Translations under genes and position numbers: made by a program
The notes under the pieces: model-generated
Told to the model about the DNA's origin: nothing
What the model saw: only the letters and a program-made list of their open reading frames with translations
Database searches by the model: none
Shown here: in pieces, positions 23,041-32,974 of the stretch
Position numbering within the stretch: the first letter of the stretch is position 1
How the letters are laid out: each line of letters begins with the position of its first letter
Source: a virus
DNA length: 42,854 nt
Reading direction: 5' to 3' (one strand)
Virus record (IMG/VR): IMGVR_UViG_3300017605_001089
Location: 1 to 42,854 of that record

Positions 23041-23894
23041 AGCTCCACGAGTGGCTCTCTCGAGCGCTCCGCACGCCGGTCGCCGGCGCGACGGGGCGCC
23101 TCGTTCGTCTCGAACCTGCCGACCTCGAGGGCGAACGCCTCACCGGGCGCCTGAGCGCGATCAACAAGTGGAGCCGGCGCGACCTGAAGCTCGAGGACGT
23201 TCACGTCTACGGCATGAACGGCGCGAACGACGTCATCGACTACTACGACTCCCGCTTCACCACGCGCGGCCTGAAGGAAGTGGCGAAGGTGTGGCCGGGC
23301 TCGGCGATGGCTCGCGGGCACGTCATGGGCGGCCCGCCTCTCGCGCGCGTGTTCGAGGCGGACACGCTCCTGCACGAGTCCGCCGGCGAGGAGCGCGGCA
23401 AGGCGCGCGAGCTTCGCGACATGGGCAAGGCTTCGTGGGCGCGCGGGCTCTTCTACTTCTCGCGCAAGCTCAGCTACGCCGCGGACCTCGCCGAAGCTAT
23501 CGAGACCGGGAACGAGCGCGAGGTCTCGCTTCACTGGCAGTTCACGCGCGCGCTCTGCTCCGAGTGTGGGAACGACGTGCGCTCGCAGGATTGCACGCAC
23601 GTCCCGGGCGAGGAGTACGACGGCCGGCGTGCGTGGTACGAAATGGACGGCGTGACCGAGGTTATCGAGACCTCGTTCGTGCTCAAGGGCGGCCAGCGCG
23701 GGACGAGCCTCTTCGGCGGCGAGTCGATGGAGCAGGCGGCCAGCTTCGAGTTCGGCCACGCGATCCGGGAAGTGAAGTCCGACCGGACGGCGTGGGACCA
23801 GTGGCGAAGGCTCGCTCCCTCGGCGAGTAAGAATGGCGACCGGCGTCCGTCGGTTCGCGATTGGTTCGGGAGTGCGCTCGGCTCTCGAGCCTAA
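23037..23894 (+). CDS. Prohead protease / scaffold-like protein (putative)
   Basis: Sits between the portal and capsid genes. Loose resemblance to HK97-type prohead proteases. Contains a CSECG...C.H insertion. Confidence 0.45.
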   Translation: MKLHEWLSRALRTPVAGATGRLVRLEPADLEGERLTGRLSAINKWSRRDLKLEDVHVYGMNGANDVIDYYDSRFTTRGLKEVAKVWPGSAMARGHVMGGPPLARVFEADTLLHESAGEERGKARELRDMGKASWARGLFYFSRKLSYAADLAEAIETGNEREVSLHWQFTRALCSECGNDVRSQDCTHVPGEEYDGRRAWYEMDGVTEVIETSFVLKGGQRGTSLFGGESMEQAASFEFGHAIREVKSDRTAWDQWRRLAPSASKNGDRRPSVRDWFGSALGSRA

Positions 23895-23926
23895 ACACGC
23901 CGGCGTCGAGCCGGGGGAGGCAAGCG

Positions 23927-25726
<1,800 letters not shown>

Positions 25727-25743
25727 CCTCGAGCACGAGCACG

Positions 25744-25774
25744 GCGCGCGCGGCGCCCCCGCGGCCGCGCGCGC
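25744..25774 (+). terminator. GC-only hairpin (11-bp perfect stem) after the capsid gene
   Basis: GCGCGCGCGGC (25744-25754) pairs with GCCGCGCGCGC (25764-25774). Confidence 0.5.
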
Positions 25775-25798
25775 AAGGCTCGAGAACGGAGAGCGGCA

Positions 25799-26095
25799 AT
25801 GGCAGTGACGGTCGTTGAAGTGAACGCGCTCGACAACGCGCGCGGCAACGTGAAGATCTGGGACGTGACGTTCTCGGCGGACGCGGACACGGTCTCGGCG
25901 AACATCCCGCACGGCTTCCCGGAGGCGCCGGAGGAGGTTCATCTTCTTCCTCGGGCGAACCCCTGCGCGCTCGGGCTCGCGCGCGTGACGACGCTCGACG
26001 GGACGAACATCGTCCTGACGAAGAGCACGACGGCCGGCTCGCTCGGCTCGATCTACCGCTTGATCGCAAAGCGGGCCTCGATCTACAACCGCTGA
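25799..26095 (+). CDS. Hypothetical head-associated protein
   Basis: ATG after GGAGAG. Structural-module position. Confidence 0.65.
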   Translation: MAVTVVEVNALDNARGNVKIWDVTFSADADTVSANIPHGFPEAPEEVHLLPRANPCALGLARVTTLDGTNIVLTKSTTAGSLGSIYRLIAKRASIYNR

Positions 26096-26135
26096 AGCAC
26101 CTGAACCCCTGAACCCTCGCACGGGAGGAAACACG

Positions 26136-26540
26136 ATGGCGGACGAGAAGAAAGACCCGGCAGGCTCGGACCCGGCGGGCTCTCCTTCAAGCTCGGACGC
26201 GCCGGCGGCGGGAGCGGCTCCGGTCGCTCCTGCTACGGTCACGGGCAAGCCCGAGAGATTCTTCGTGAAGTGCGTCGCGGAGTGCTACCGCGGCATGGAC
26301 GGCGAGACCTACCTGAACCTCAGCGAAGGGGACGTGACCGAGGTCTCGAAGGCGAAGTTCGCGCAGCTTTTCCGGGACTTCCCGAGCGAGTTCGCCAAGT
26401 CCAGCGAGGCCGAGATGAACAAGGCCCTCGAGACGAAGGAGCGGCGCCAGAAGGACCGCCTCGAGAAGCGGGCGAAGAAGCAGGCGGCGGCCGATGCCGC
26501 GGCGCGGAAGTCCGCCACCGAAGACGACGACCTCGACTAA
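26136..26540 (+). CDS. Hypothetical structural-module protein
   Basis: ATG after GGGAGGAA. Confidence 0.65.
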   Translation: MADEKKDPAGSDPAGSPSSSDAPAAGAAPVAPATVTGKPERFFVKCVAECYRGMDGETYLNLSEGDVTEVSKAKFAQLFRDFPSEFAKSSEAEMNKALETKERRQKDRLEKRAKKQAAADAAARKSATEDDDLD

Positions 26541-26564
26541 TCGCCCGGGAGGGGCGCGCTCACC

Positions 26565-27410
26565 ATGTCCGAGCCCGTGGAGCTTCAGCTTTCGCCGAAC
26601 GCGCTCACCACGGTCGAGCGCGCTCGCTCCTATTTGCAGCACGCGGCGACCGAGCAGGACTTCGAGCTTTCGTCGGCTATTGACTTCGCGACCGGGCTCA
26701 TGGAAACGCACACTCGGCGCCGGCTGGCCGAGCGGTGGTACTGCGAGAACGTCACGAAGAGCGGGCTCACGATGGCCGAGGGCTCGGTCGACGTGACGCT
26801 CGGGGCGGCCTTCGACGTGGATCTGCGCGTGGCAATGGACGCCTTCCACGCCGGCGGGAACCTGCGGTGGGGCGCGCGCGTGCGGTCGATCACGAGCGCC
26901 ACGGCCTGCAAGCTCACCATCGCTGCGAAGGCCGCGCTCGCCGCGCAGTCCGTGGTCTTCGGCTCGGCGGACGGCTCGCTCGAGTTCCGCCACGGCGGCG
27001 GACGCGAGATCCTCCTGCCCGAGTATCCGGTCTCCGAAGTCAAAGCGGTGACCGTGCTCTACACGGACGGCACGACCCGGGCGCTCTCGCTCACGAACGC
27101 GCGCCTGCGCCCGCGCGAGGGGATCTACATCATGGGCGACGAGTTCCCGGCGCAGGGCGACCTCATCCGGGTCGAGTTCCGCGCCGGCTACCGGGCGCCC
27201 ACGGTCTCGGACCGGGCCCACGAGCAGGCGTGGCGCCGGCTCGAGCACCTGTGCCTGCGGTGCGTGCAGGTGCTCTGGCAGGACTACCGGCACGAGATCG
27301 GGCGGAGCGTGGAGGTCAACATGCGCGACCAGCTTCTCCGCTTCACGAGCCTGAAGCTCCCCGAGGACATTCGCGACGGGCTGGCCGAGTTCGCCCGGGA
27401 GGAAATGTGA
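26565..27410 (+). CDS. Head-tail connector (gp6-like N-terminus, putative)
   Basis: Position, and an N-terminal LTTVERARSYL pattern typical of head-tail adaptors. Confidence 0.45.
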   Translation: MSEPVELQLSPNALTTVERARSYLQHAATEQDFELSSAIDFATGLMETHTRRRLAERWYCENVTKSGLTMAEGSVDVTLGAAFDVDLRVAMDAFHAGGNLRWGARVRSITSATACKLTIAAKAALAAQSVVFGSADGSLEFRHGGGREILLPEYPVSEVKAVTVLYTDGTTRALSLTNARLRPREGIYIMGDEFPAQGDLIRVEFRAGYRAPTVSDRAHEQAWRRLEHLCLRCVQVLWQDYRHEIGRSVEVNMRDQLLRFTSLKLPEDIRDGLAEFAREEM

Positions 27411-28063
27411 TCGCCATCGAGGTTCGCGGCGCGAAGGAACTCAAGGCCACGCTCGAGAAGGCGGCCTCGGGCGTCTCGCTCGCGAGCTTCCGGAACACGG
27501 CCCGCGCCACGGTGGAGACCCGGAACCTGCTCTTCCGCGGCATGTCCGGGAAGAAGGTTTCCGACTCGTTCTTCGGCTTCCGCTCTCCGCCCGGGCACAC
27601 GCTCGCGGCGCGCACCGGGCAGACCCGGGCGGCCCTGAGCCCGGGCCGGGTCTGGCGCCTCGGGAACGAGAGCTTCGGCGCCGTGGGCCATCCCGGCGCG
27701 CATGTGAAGGCGCTCGAGGAAGGCGCCACGGTGCGGCCGACCTCCTCGCAGTACCTCCGGATCCCGCTGGCCGCGGCGCTCACCGGGGGCGGGCAGGACC
27801 GCAACGTCGGGCGCTCGGTCCGCGGCGTGCCGGGCTTCTTCCTCTATCCCACGAAGCGCCAGCGCGAGAGCGGCAAGGCGAGGACGCGGAACCTCTTCAT
27901 CGCGAAGAGCGTCAACGGCCGGCTCGTGCTCTGGTACCTCCTGAAGACCGAAGTGAAGATGCCGGAGAAGCGGCTGTTCGCCGTCACGCTCGAGCAGATG
28001 CGCCCGCGCTACCTCGAACTCATGGGCCGGTCGGTGGCGGCCGTCGTCCGCGGCGGAAGCTAG
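27407..28063 (+). CDS. Head-closure/neck protein (HK97 gp10-like, putative)
   Basis: GTGA overlap start. Called by position. Confidence 0.4.
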   Translation: MIAIEVRGAKELKATLEKAASGVSLASFRNTARATVETRNLLFRGMSGKKVSDSFFGFRSPPGHTLAARTGQTRAALSPGRVWRLGNESFGAVGHPGAHVKALEEGATVRPTSSQYLRIPLAAALTGGGQDRNVGRSVRGVPGFFLYPTKRQRESGKARTRNLFIAKSVNGRLVLWYLLKTEVKMPEKRLFAVTLEQMRPRYLELMGRSVAAVVRGGS

Positions 28064-28071
28064 GAGGCCCG

Positions 28072-28539
28072 GTGGCTCAGCGCGAAGAAGCGATGGTGAA
28101 CAAGCTCAGGACGGCAATCGTCCGCGAGCTTGAGAAGATCGGCGAAGGCGGCCTCTCGGCGTGGCTCACGAAGCCGCAGACCGTGGGCCTGCTCTCGAGG
28201 GCCTCGAGCGTCCACGCCGGGCTCCCGGCGATCTTCGTTCATTCTCCGCGCGTGCGCGAGAAGTCCAAGATGGCCGTGGGCCTGCACGACGCGGAGGCCG
28301 AGTTCGTGTTCTTCCTCGCCACCGCGGACGCGGCGGACCCGGACGGGGAACTGCACCGGCTCGCGGCCGACCTCGCGAAGTGCCTCACGTCCGCGGAGGC
28401 CGCGCTCGAGGGCCTCGCAACGTCTGGCATGGACTTCGTGGACTATACTTTCGACGCCGAAGCGAGCGAGAGGCTCGGGGCCGCAGTCGGCCGGAGCACT
28501 TGGAAGCTCGCCTACAAGTGGAATCACGAGAACCCGTAG
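28072..28539 (+). CDS. Tail completion/terminator protein (putative)
   Basis: GTG start 4 nt after AGGAGG. Lies immediately upstream of the tube gene. Confidence 0.4.
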   Translation: MAQREEAMVNKLRTAIVRELEKIGEGGLSAWLTKPQTVGLLSRASSVHAGLPAIFVHSPRVREKSKMAVGLHDAEAEFVFFLATADAADPDGELHRLAADLAKCLTSAEAALEGLATSGMDFVDYTFDAEASERLGAAVGRSTWKLAYKWNHENP

Positions 28540-28560
28540 CACGAGAGGAGCGCACGCACG

Positions 28561-29598
28561 ATGGGAACCCCGGGCAAAGGTCACGGCGGCTTCGTCCAAG
28601 TCGGAAATCAGGTGACGTGGGGAACGCCGGTCGCTGCGACCGGGTTCCGCTTTCCATTCCGCTCCTTCAAGCCGAAGAAGGGGCCGACCAAGTTCCCGGA
28701 CACTTCGCTCTGGGGGCAGCCGTTCATCCGGACGGTCTTCGAGGGCGGCAAGTTCTTCGAGTGCGAACTCGAGATGGACTGTAACTACCTCGGCTTCCTG
28801 AAGTTCTTCAACATGATCCACGGCACCGGGCCGGGCATCCCGTCGGTGACGGGCCCGGACGGCAACGGCCTGTACACGCACGTCTTCAAGCATGGCGCGA
28901 CGGGCGTGGCCTTCGCGACGCTCGAGCTTCTCGAGGGCAACGTCGCCGGCGTGACCACGGCGCTTCAGGTCGACGGCTTCGTGCCGACCAAGCTCACGCT
29001 CTCGGGCAAGGTGGGCACGAGTGAAGAGTCGATGATCCGGATGGTGGTCTCCGGCATCGCGCGCAACATGACGGACCTCGTGGCGCCGGCCGCGCTCGCG
29101 CTCGTGGCTCAGCACCCGATGTATTTCCACCACGCGCTGACGATTCTCGACGGCTCCGCGGACGCGGCGGCGGACCTCATCGTGCGCGAGTGGTCGCTCG
29201 AGCTTACGCGCGAGATCGTCCCGAACCGCTACGCCTTCGGCACCTCGCAGTTCCTCCTCACGCCGCTGCTCGGCTCTCCGCCCGAGTCGATCATGACTTT
29301 CGTGAAGGAGTGGCAGACGAAGGCCCTGCGCACGAAGTCGTGGACGGACCCGAACCTCGCCGGCGCTCTGGGCGTGATCGAGATGAAGTTCGAGGGGCCC
29401 GCGACCGTCGGCGCCTCGGGCAAGCGCTCGTGGCGCTTCCAGTTCCCGGTCGCGCAGCAGATCGAGCCGCACGAGGGCAACACGGACCGCTTCGACATTC
29501 TCGAGGAGACCGCGAAGTGGCGGGCCCTCTACAACGGCACGGACTCCGATATCACGACCACGATCATCGTGGATTCCGCGACCATCACCGCAGGCTAG
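28561..29598 (+). CDS. Major tail tube protein (non-contractile tail)
   Basis: Lies directly upstream of the chaperone pair and tape measure. No sheath gene is present. Confidence 0.6.
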   Translation: MGTPGKGHGGFVQVGNQVTWGTPVAATGFRFPFRSFKPKKGPTKFPDTSLWGQPFIRTVFEGGKFFECELEMDCNYLGFLKFFNMIHGTGPGIPSVTGPDGNGLYTHVFKHGATGVAFATLELLEGNVAGVTTALQVDGFVPTKLTLSGKVGTSEESMIRMVVSGIARNMTDLVAPAALALVAQHPMYFHHALTILDGSADAAADLIVREWSLELTREIVPNRYAFGTSQFLLTPLLGSPPESIMTFVKEWQTKALRTKSWTDPNLAGALGVIEMKFEGPATVGASGKRSWRFQFPVAQQIEPHEGNTDRFDILEETAKWRALYNGTDSDITTTIIVDSATITAG

Positions 29599-29610
29599 GA
29601 GGAAGCGAAC

Positions 29611-30105
29611 ATGACGACGAAAGCACCCTCGCGGCTTTCGGACTTCGACCCCGTTACCCTGTACGACCTGCCCGAGCCGAGCCCGGCCGGGAAGGTGCTC
29701 ACGCTCAAGGTGCGGGCGCTGGCGTTCTCGGAAGTGGTGGTCGCAATGAAGCGGCTCCCGGGAGAGATCCCGGGCGTGATGGATCGCAAGGGCACGGACT
29801 ACACGCTCGAGAACCTCGACGCGCTCGAGCACGACATGGGACTGGCCGAGCCGGTGATGCGGGAGGTCTGCGGGCGCGCGGTCCTCGAGCCGGCGCTGAC
29901 ATTCACGGATCCGCCGGAGCCGGACCGCCTGCCGTGGGAATGGCTCTCCATCGTGAACCGGACCACGCTCTTTCGGTTCGTCCTGAAGTGGAGCGGCTTC
30001 GAGGGGGGAGCCGCGGAAAAGATCAAAAGCGTGGCTGGCGTCCGGAAAGAAGGAAGGGGCGCAGGCCGCGTGGGAACTCGAGCAGGCCGCAAGACTCGAA
30101 GGTGA
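29611..30105 (+). CDS. Tail assembly chaperone, short (G-like) product
   Basis: Lies between tube and tape measure. The last roughly 30 codons are Arg/Gly-rich, as expected downstream of a recoding site. Confidence 0.6.
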   Translation: MTTKAPSRLSDFDPVTLYDLPEPSPAGKVLTLKVRALAFSEVVVAMKRLPGEIPGVMDRKGTDYTLENLDALEHDMGLAEPVMREVCGRAVLEPALTFTDPPEPDRLPWEWLSIVNRTTLFRFVLKWSGFEGGAAEKIKSVAGVRKEGRGAGRVGTRAGRKTRR

Positions 30106-30244
30106 ACCGCCGTGGAAGTTCGCCGGCTTCCGGATCGTGGAGCACCCTCGGCGGGACGACGAACTGACTCGGGCGCAGGCCCGGGCCTTTACCGTGACCG
30201 TCCACCGATGCGCGAAATGGTTCGAGCAGGAGTCCTCGAAGTAG
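29611..30244 (+). CDS. Tail assembly chaperone, frameshifted long (GT-like) product; needs a +1 or -2 shift between 29987 and 30105
   Basis: The +1 frame is open 29987-30244, has no usable start codon with an SD, and codes well (KAWLASGKKEGAQAAWELEQAARLEGEPPWKFAGFRIVEH...). It stops 9 nt before the tape-measure start. Confidence 0.5.
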
Positions 30245-30253
30245 GGAGCGAAC

Positions 30254-31918
30254 GTGGCGACGAACGTCCTCGAGATCGTCCTCAAGGCCCGCGATGAGGC
30301 GAGCGCGAAACTGCGCGCGGCTCGAACCGAGGTCACGAAGACGCAGGACGTGATCGGGCAGCTTTCGCCGCAGCTTGCCTCCACCACCGCGCGCTTCGAG
30401 GGCCTCGGCCGGGCGGCGGCCGCGATGGGCCCGGTGGGCGCCGTGCTCGCGGCCTTCGGCGTCAGCATCGCGGCCGTGGCCGCTGGCGCGAAGATCGCCA
30501 TCGACGCGGTCGACCAGCTTGCGAGCGCCACCGAGCAACTCGGCAACCTCGCGCAGAAGTCCGGCGTCTCGGTGGAGCAGCTTCAGGGCCTCCAGTTCGC
30601 GTTCAAGAACGCCGGCGTCGAGGCCGGCACGCTGAACACGGGCCTGCGCTTCCTCGCGCGGAGCATCGCCGACGGCAACCCGGAACTGGCGCGGTTCGGG
30701 ATCACGACGAAGAACGTCGGGACGGCCTTCGAGCAGCTTTCCGATCTGTTCGCCGGCTCCGAGGACGGCGCGGAGAAGACCGCGCTCGCCGTGGCGCTGC
30801 TCGGGCGCGCGGGCTCGGACCTCATCCCGGTCTTGAATCAGGGTTCCGAGGCCCTGCGCCAGCAGCAGCGCGAGGCCGAGGCAATGGGGAAGGTGCTCGG
30901 CGGGCCGACGCTGGCGGCGCTGAAGAACGCCGACACGGCCATTGACGAGATGAAGAACCGCGTCGAGGCCCTGAAGGTGCAGGTGACGCTGCTCGCGGTG
31001 CCGGCGGTGACGAACCTCGTGGAAGGCCTGAACGGGCTCCTGCGCGCGGTGATCGAAATCCCGAGCAAGGTCGACGCCGCCGGCTCGAGCATCGCCACCT
31101 TCGTTGCGAAGATTCCGGGCGGGAAGCGGCTCCAAGAGTTCCTCGCCTTCGTGCGCGCTCTGGGCATCCTCGCGAACGCCTCTCAGGGCGGCGAGAAGAC
31201 CGGCTTTGAGGGCAACATCGACCCGGCCACGGGCGGGCCGAAGGGCGGCGTGACGGGCCCGAAGAACGTCCTCACGGAGCCCACGCCGCGAACCGTCCAC
31301 GATTCGGTGCTCGACCAGATCTTGAGCACGGACGGCGCCGCGCGCCTGCGCGAGTCGAAGAAGGAACTCCTCGAGGTCGGCAAGGCCGTCGAGGTCGTGG
31401 CGCTGCGCTTCGGCGAACTCGGCGAGAGCTTCCTCGTGCTCGAGGACTTTCAGGACATGGTCGACGGCGTGCTCGACGCCTCGAACATCCTCGGCGAAAC
31501 GCTGAACGCCGTCTGGGCCTCGCTTCAGGACTCGCTCACCTCGGTCTTTCAGGGCCTCCTCACGCAAGGCCAGACGTTCCGCGGCGCCATGTCGCAGATC
31601 TTCCGGGGCCTCGTGGATACGCTGCTCGCCGAGCTTGCCCGGCTGGCCGCGGCGGCCGTGTTCAAGCTCTTCCTCAAGCTCGCCGGGTTCGCTCTGGGCG
31701 GGGCGCCCGGGGCGGCGATTGATGCCGGGACGCGGTACGTTCACGGCGGCTTCGCCGTGGCCGGCGGTGGCGGCGCCGCGGCGCTCGCCGGCGTGGGGCC
31801 CGTGACGAACGTCTTCGTCTCGGCGCTGGACTCGCAGAGCCTCGATGACTCTTACCGCTCGAGCGGCGGCGCCTTCCGGATCCACGACGGGCGCGCGTCC
31901 GCTCGGAGAAGGTGGTAG
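30254..31918 (+). CDS. Tail tape measure protein (554 aa)
   Basis: Alpha-helical, Ala/Leu/Gly-rich protein after the chaperone pair. GTG start after GGGAG. Confidence 0.75.
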   Translation: MATNVLEIVLKARDEASAKLRAARTEVTKTQDVIGQLSPQLASTTARFEGLGRAAAAMGPVGAVLAAFGVSIAAVAAGAKIAIDAVDQLASATEQLGNLAQKSGVSVEQLQGLQFAFKNAGVEAGTLNTGLRFLARSIADGNPELARFGITTKNVGTAFEQLSDLFAGSEDGAEKTALAVALLGRAGSDLIPVLNQGSEALRQQQREAEAMGKVLGGPTLAALKNADTAIDEMKNRVEALKVQVTLLAVPAVTNLVEGLNGLLRAVIEIPSKVDAAGSSIATFVAKIPGGKRLQEFLAFVRALGILANASQGGEKTGFEGNIDPATGGPKGGVTGPKNVLTEPTPRTVHDSVLDQILSTDGAARLRESKKELLEVGKAVEVVALRFGELGESFLVLEDFQDMVDGVLDASNILGETLNAVWASLQDSLTSVFQGLLTQGQTFRGAMSQIFRGLVDTLLAELARLAAAAVFKLFLKLAGFALGGAPGAAIDAGTRYVHGGFAVAGGGGAAALAGVGPVTNVFVSALDSQSLDDSYRSSGGAFRIHDGRASARRRW

Positions 31919-31921
31919 CAG

Positions 31922-32974
31922 ATGGCCGGCTCGATTCGACTCCTGCGAACGAACTTCATCGAGGCCACGGCCGCGACGCTCCTGAACGGGCCCGCGGTCG
32001 TCCTCGGCGTGATCTGCCAGTGGACGAACGGCTCGAACACGGTCACGCGCGCGACGGGCTCTTTCATCGCCGACGGCGTGAAGCGGCAGTCGCTCGTGAG
32101 CGGGAACCTCGCGACCCGGTTCCCGGCGAACATGCGCGTGACGAACCTCGCGCCGGACGGCCTGAGCATGACCCTGACCTCGGCGGCCACGGCCGGCGGC
32201 GCCGGCACGGACTCGGGCACCTTCACGCCGGACCGCGCGCTCGAGGAGGCGGCCGGCTATCCGATGGAGAACATTCGGAACGGGAAGCGCTACAACGGCT
32301 GGAAGACCTCGGCCGCGCCTCCCGCTCAGGTTATGTTCGAGTTCGACCTCGGCGCGGCGAAGAACGTCGCGGCCTTCCTCATGCTCGCGCACGAAGACGG
32401 CACGCAGGTCGGGGCCGTGGGCCCGAACCCGGCGGCGGTGGTCTGGATCGACTACTCGACAACCTACACGGGGGCCGCCCCGATTGCCTCGTGGGTCAAC
32501 TTGGGCTTCTGGTCGCTCGTGGGCGCGCGCGACAAGTTCATCGAGATCGGGCCGATCTCCGCGCGCTACTGGCGGATCCGCTTGGACCCGTCACAGGACG
32601 CCGCGTTCACTCCGCTCCCGTTCGGGCTCGGCGGGCTCTGGCTCGGCGCCATCGACGCCGACATGGGAACGTTCGGCAACGCCGGGAGCGACCGCAAGCG
32701 CACGAAGACGCGCGCGCGCATGGGCGCCGAGGGCCGCGCGGTCTACTTCCTGCGGACCGGCTACGACGTGTACGAGTTCACGCCGCAGTTCTCGCCGCTG
32801 AACGACGCGGACTACCTAAAGCTCGAGACCTCGTTCGGGCAGGACCGGCCGGTGATCCTGATCGACCACCGCGACCTGCCGTTCGAGTGCGAGTGGGTCG
32901 AGGACGCGCTGACGTGGTCGCCGATGTTCACCGGGATTAGCGCGAGCGCGCCGCACTTTCGGAGCCTGCCCTAG
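31922..32974 (+). CDS. Distal tail protein with a discoidin (F5/8 type C)-like carbohydrate-binding segment (putative)
   Basis: Lies just after the tape measure. The NIRNGKRYNGWKTS...FEFDLG...ARYWRIRL pattern resembles a discoidin domain. Confidence 0.45.
   Translation: MAGSIRLLRTNFIEATAATLLNGPAVVLGVICQWTNGSNTVTRATGSFIADGVKRQSLVSGNLATRFPANMRVTNLAPDGLSMTLTSAATAGGAGTDSGTFTPDRALEEAAGYPMENIRNGKRYNGWKTSAAPPAQVMFEFDLGAAKNVAAFLMLAHEDGTQVGAVGPNPAAVVWIDYSTTYTGAAPIASWVNLGFWSLVGARDKFIEIGPISARYWRIRLDPSQDAAFTPLPFGLGGLWLGAIDADMGTFGNAGSDRKRTKTRARMGAEGRAVYFLRTGYDVYEFTPQFSPLNDADYLKLETSFGQDRPVILIDHRDLPFECEWVEDALTWSPMFTGISASAPHFRSLP

Noticed and set aside
29190-30167. The -1 frame as target of the tail-chaperone frameshift (the canonical expectation)
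   Set aside because: Downstream of the overlap the -1 frame reads RGGSRGKDQKRGWRPERRKGRRPRGNSS…, which does not look like protein. It also ends 87 nt short of the tape measure gene. The +1 frame codes well and ends right at the tape measure SD.
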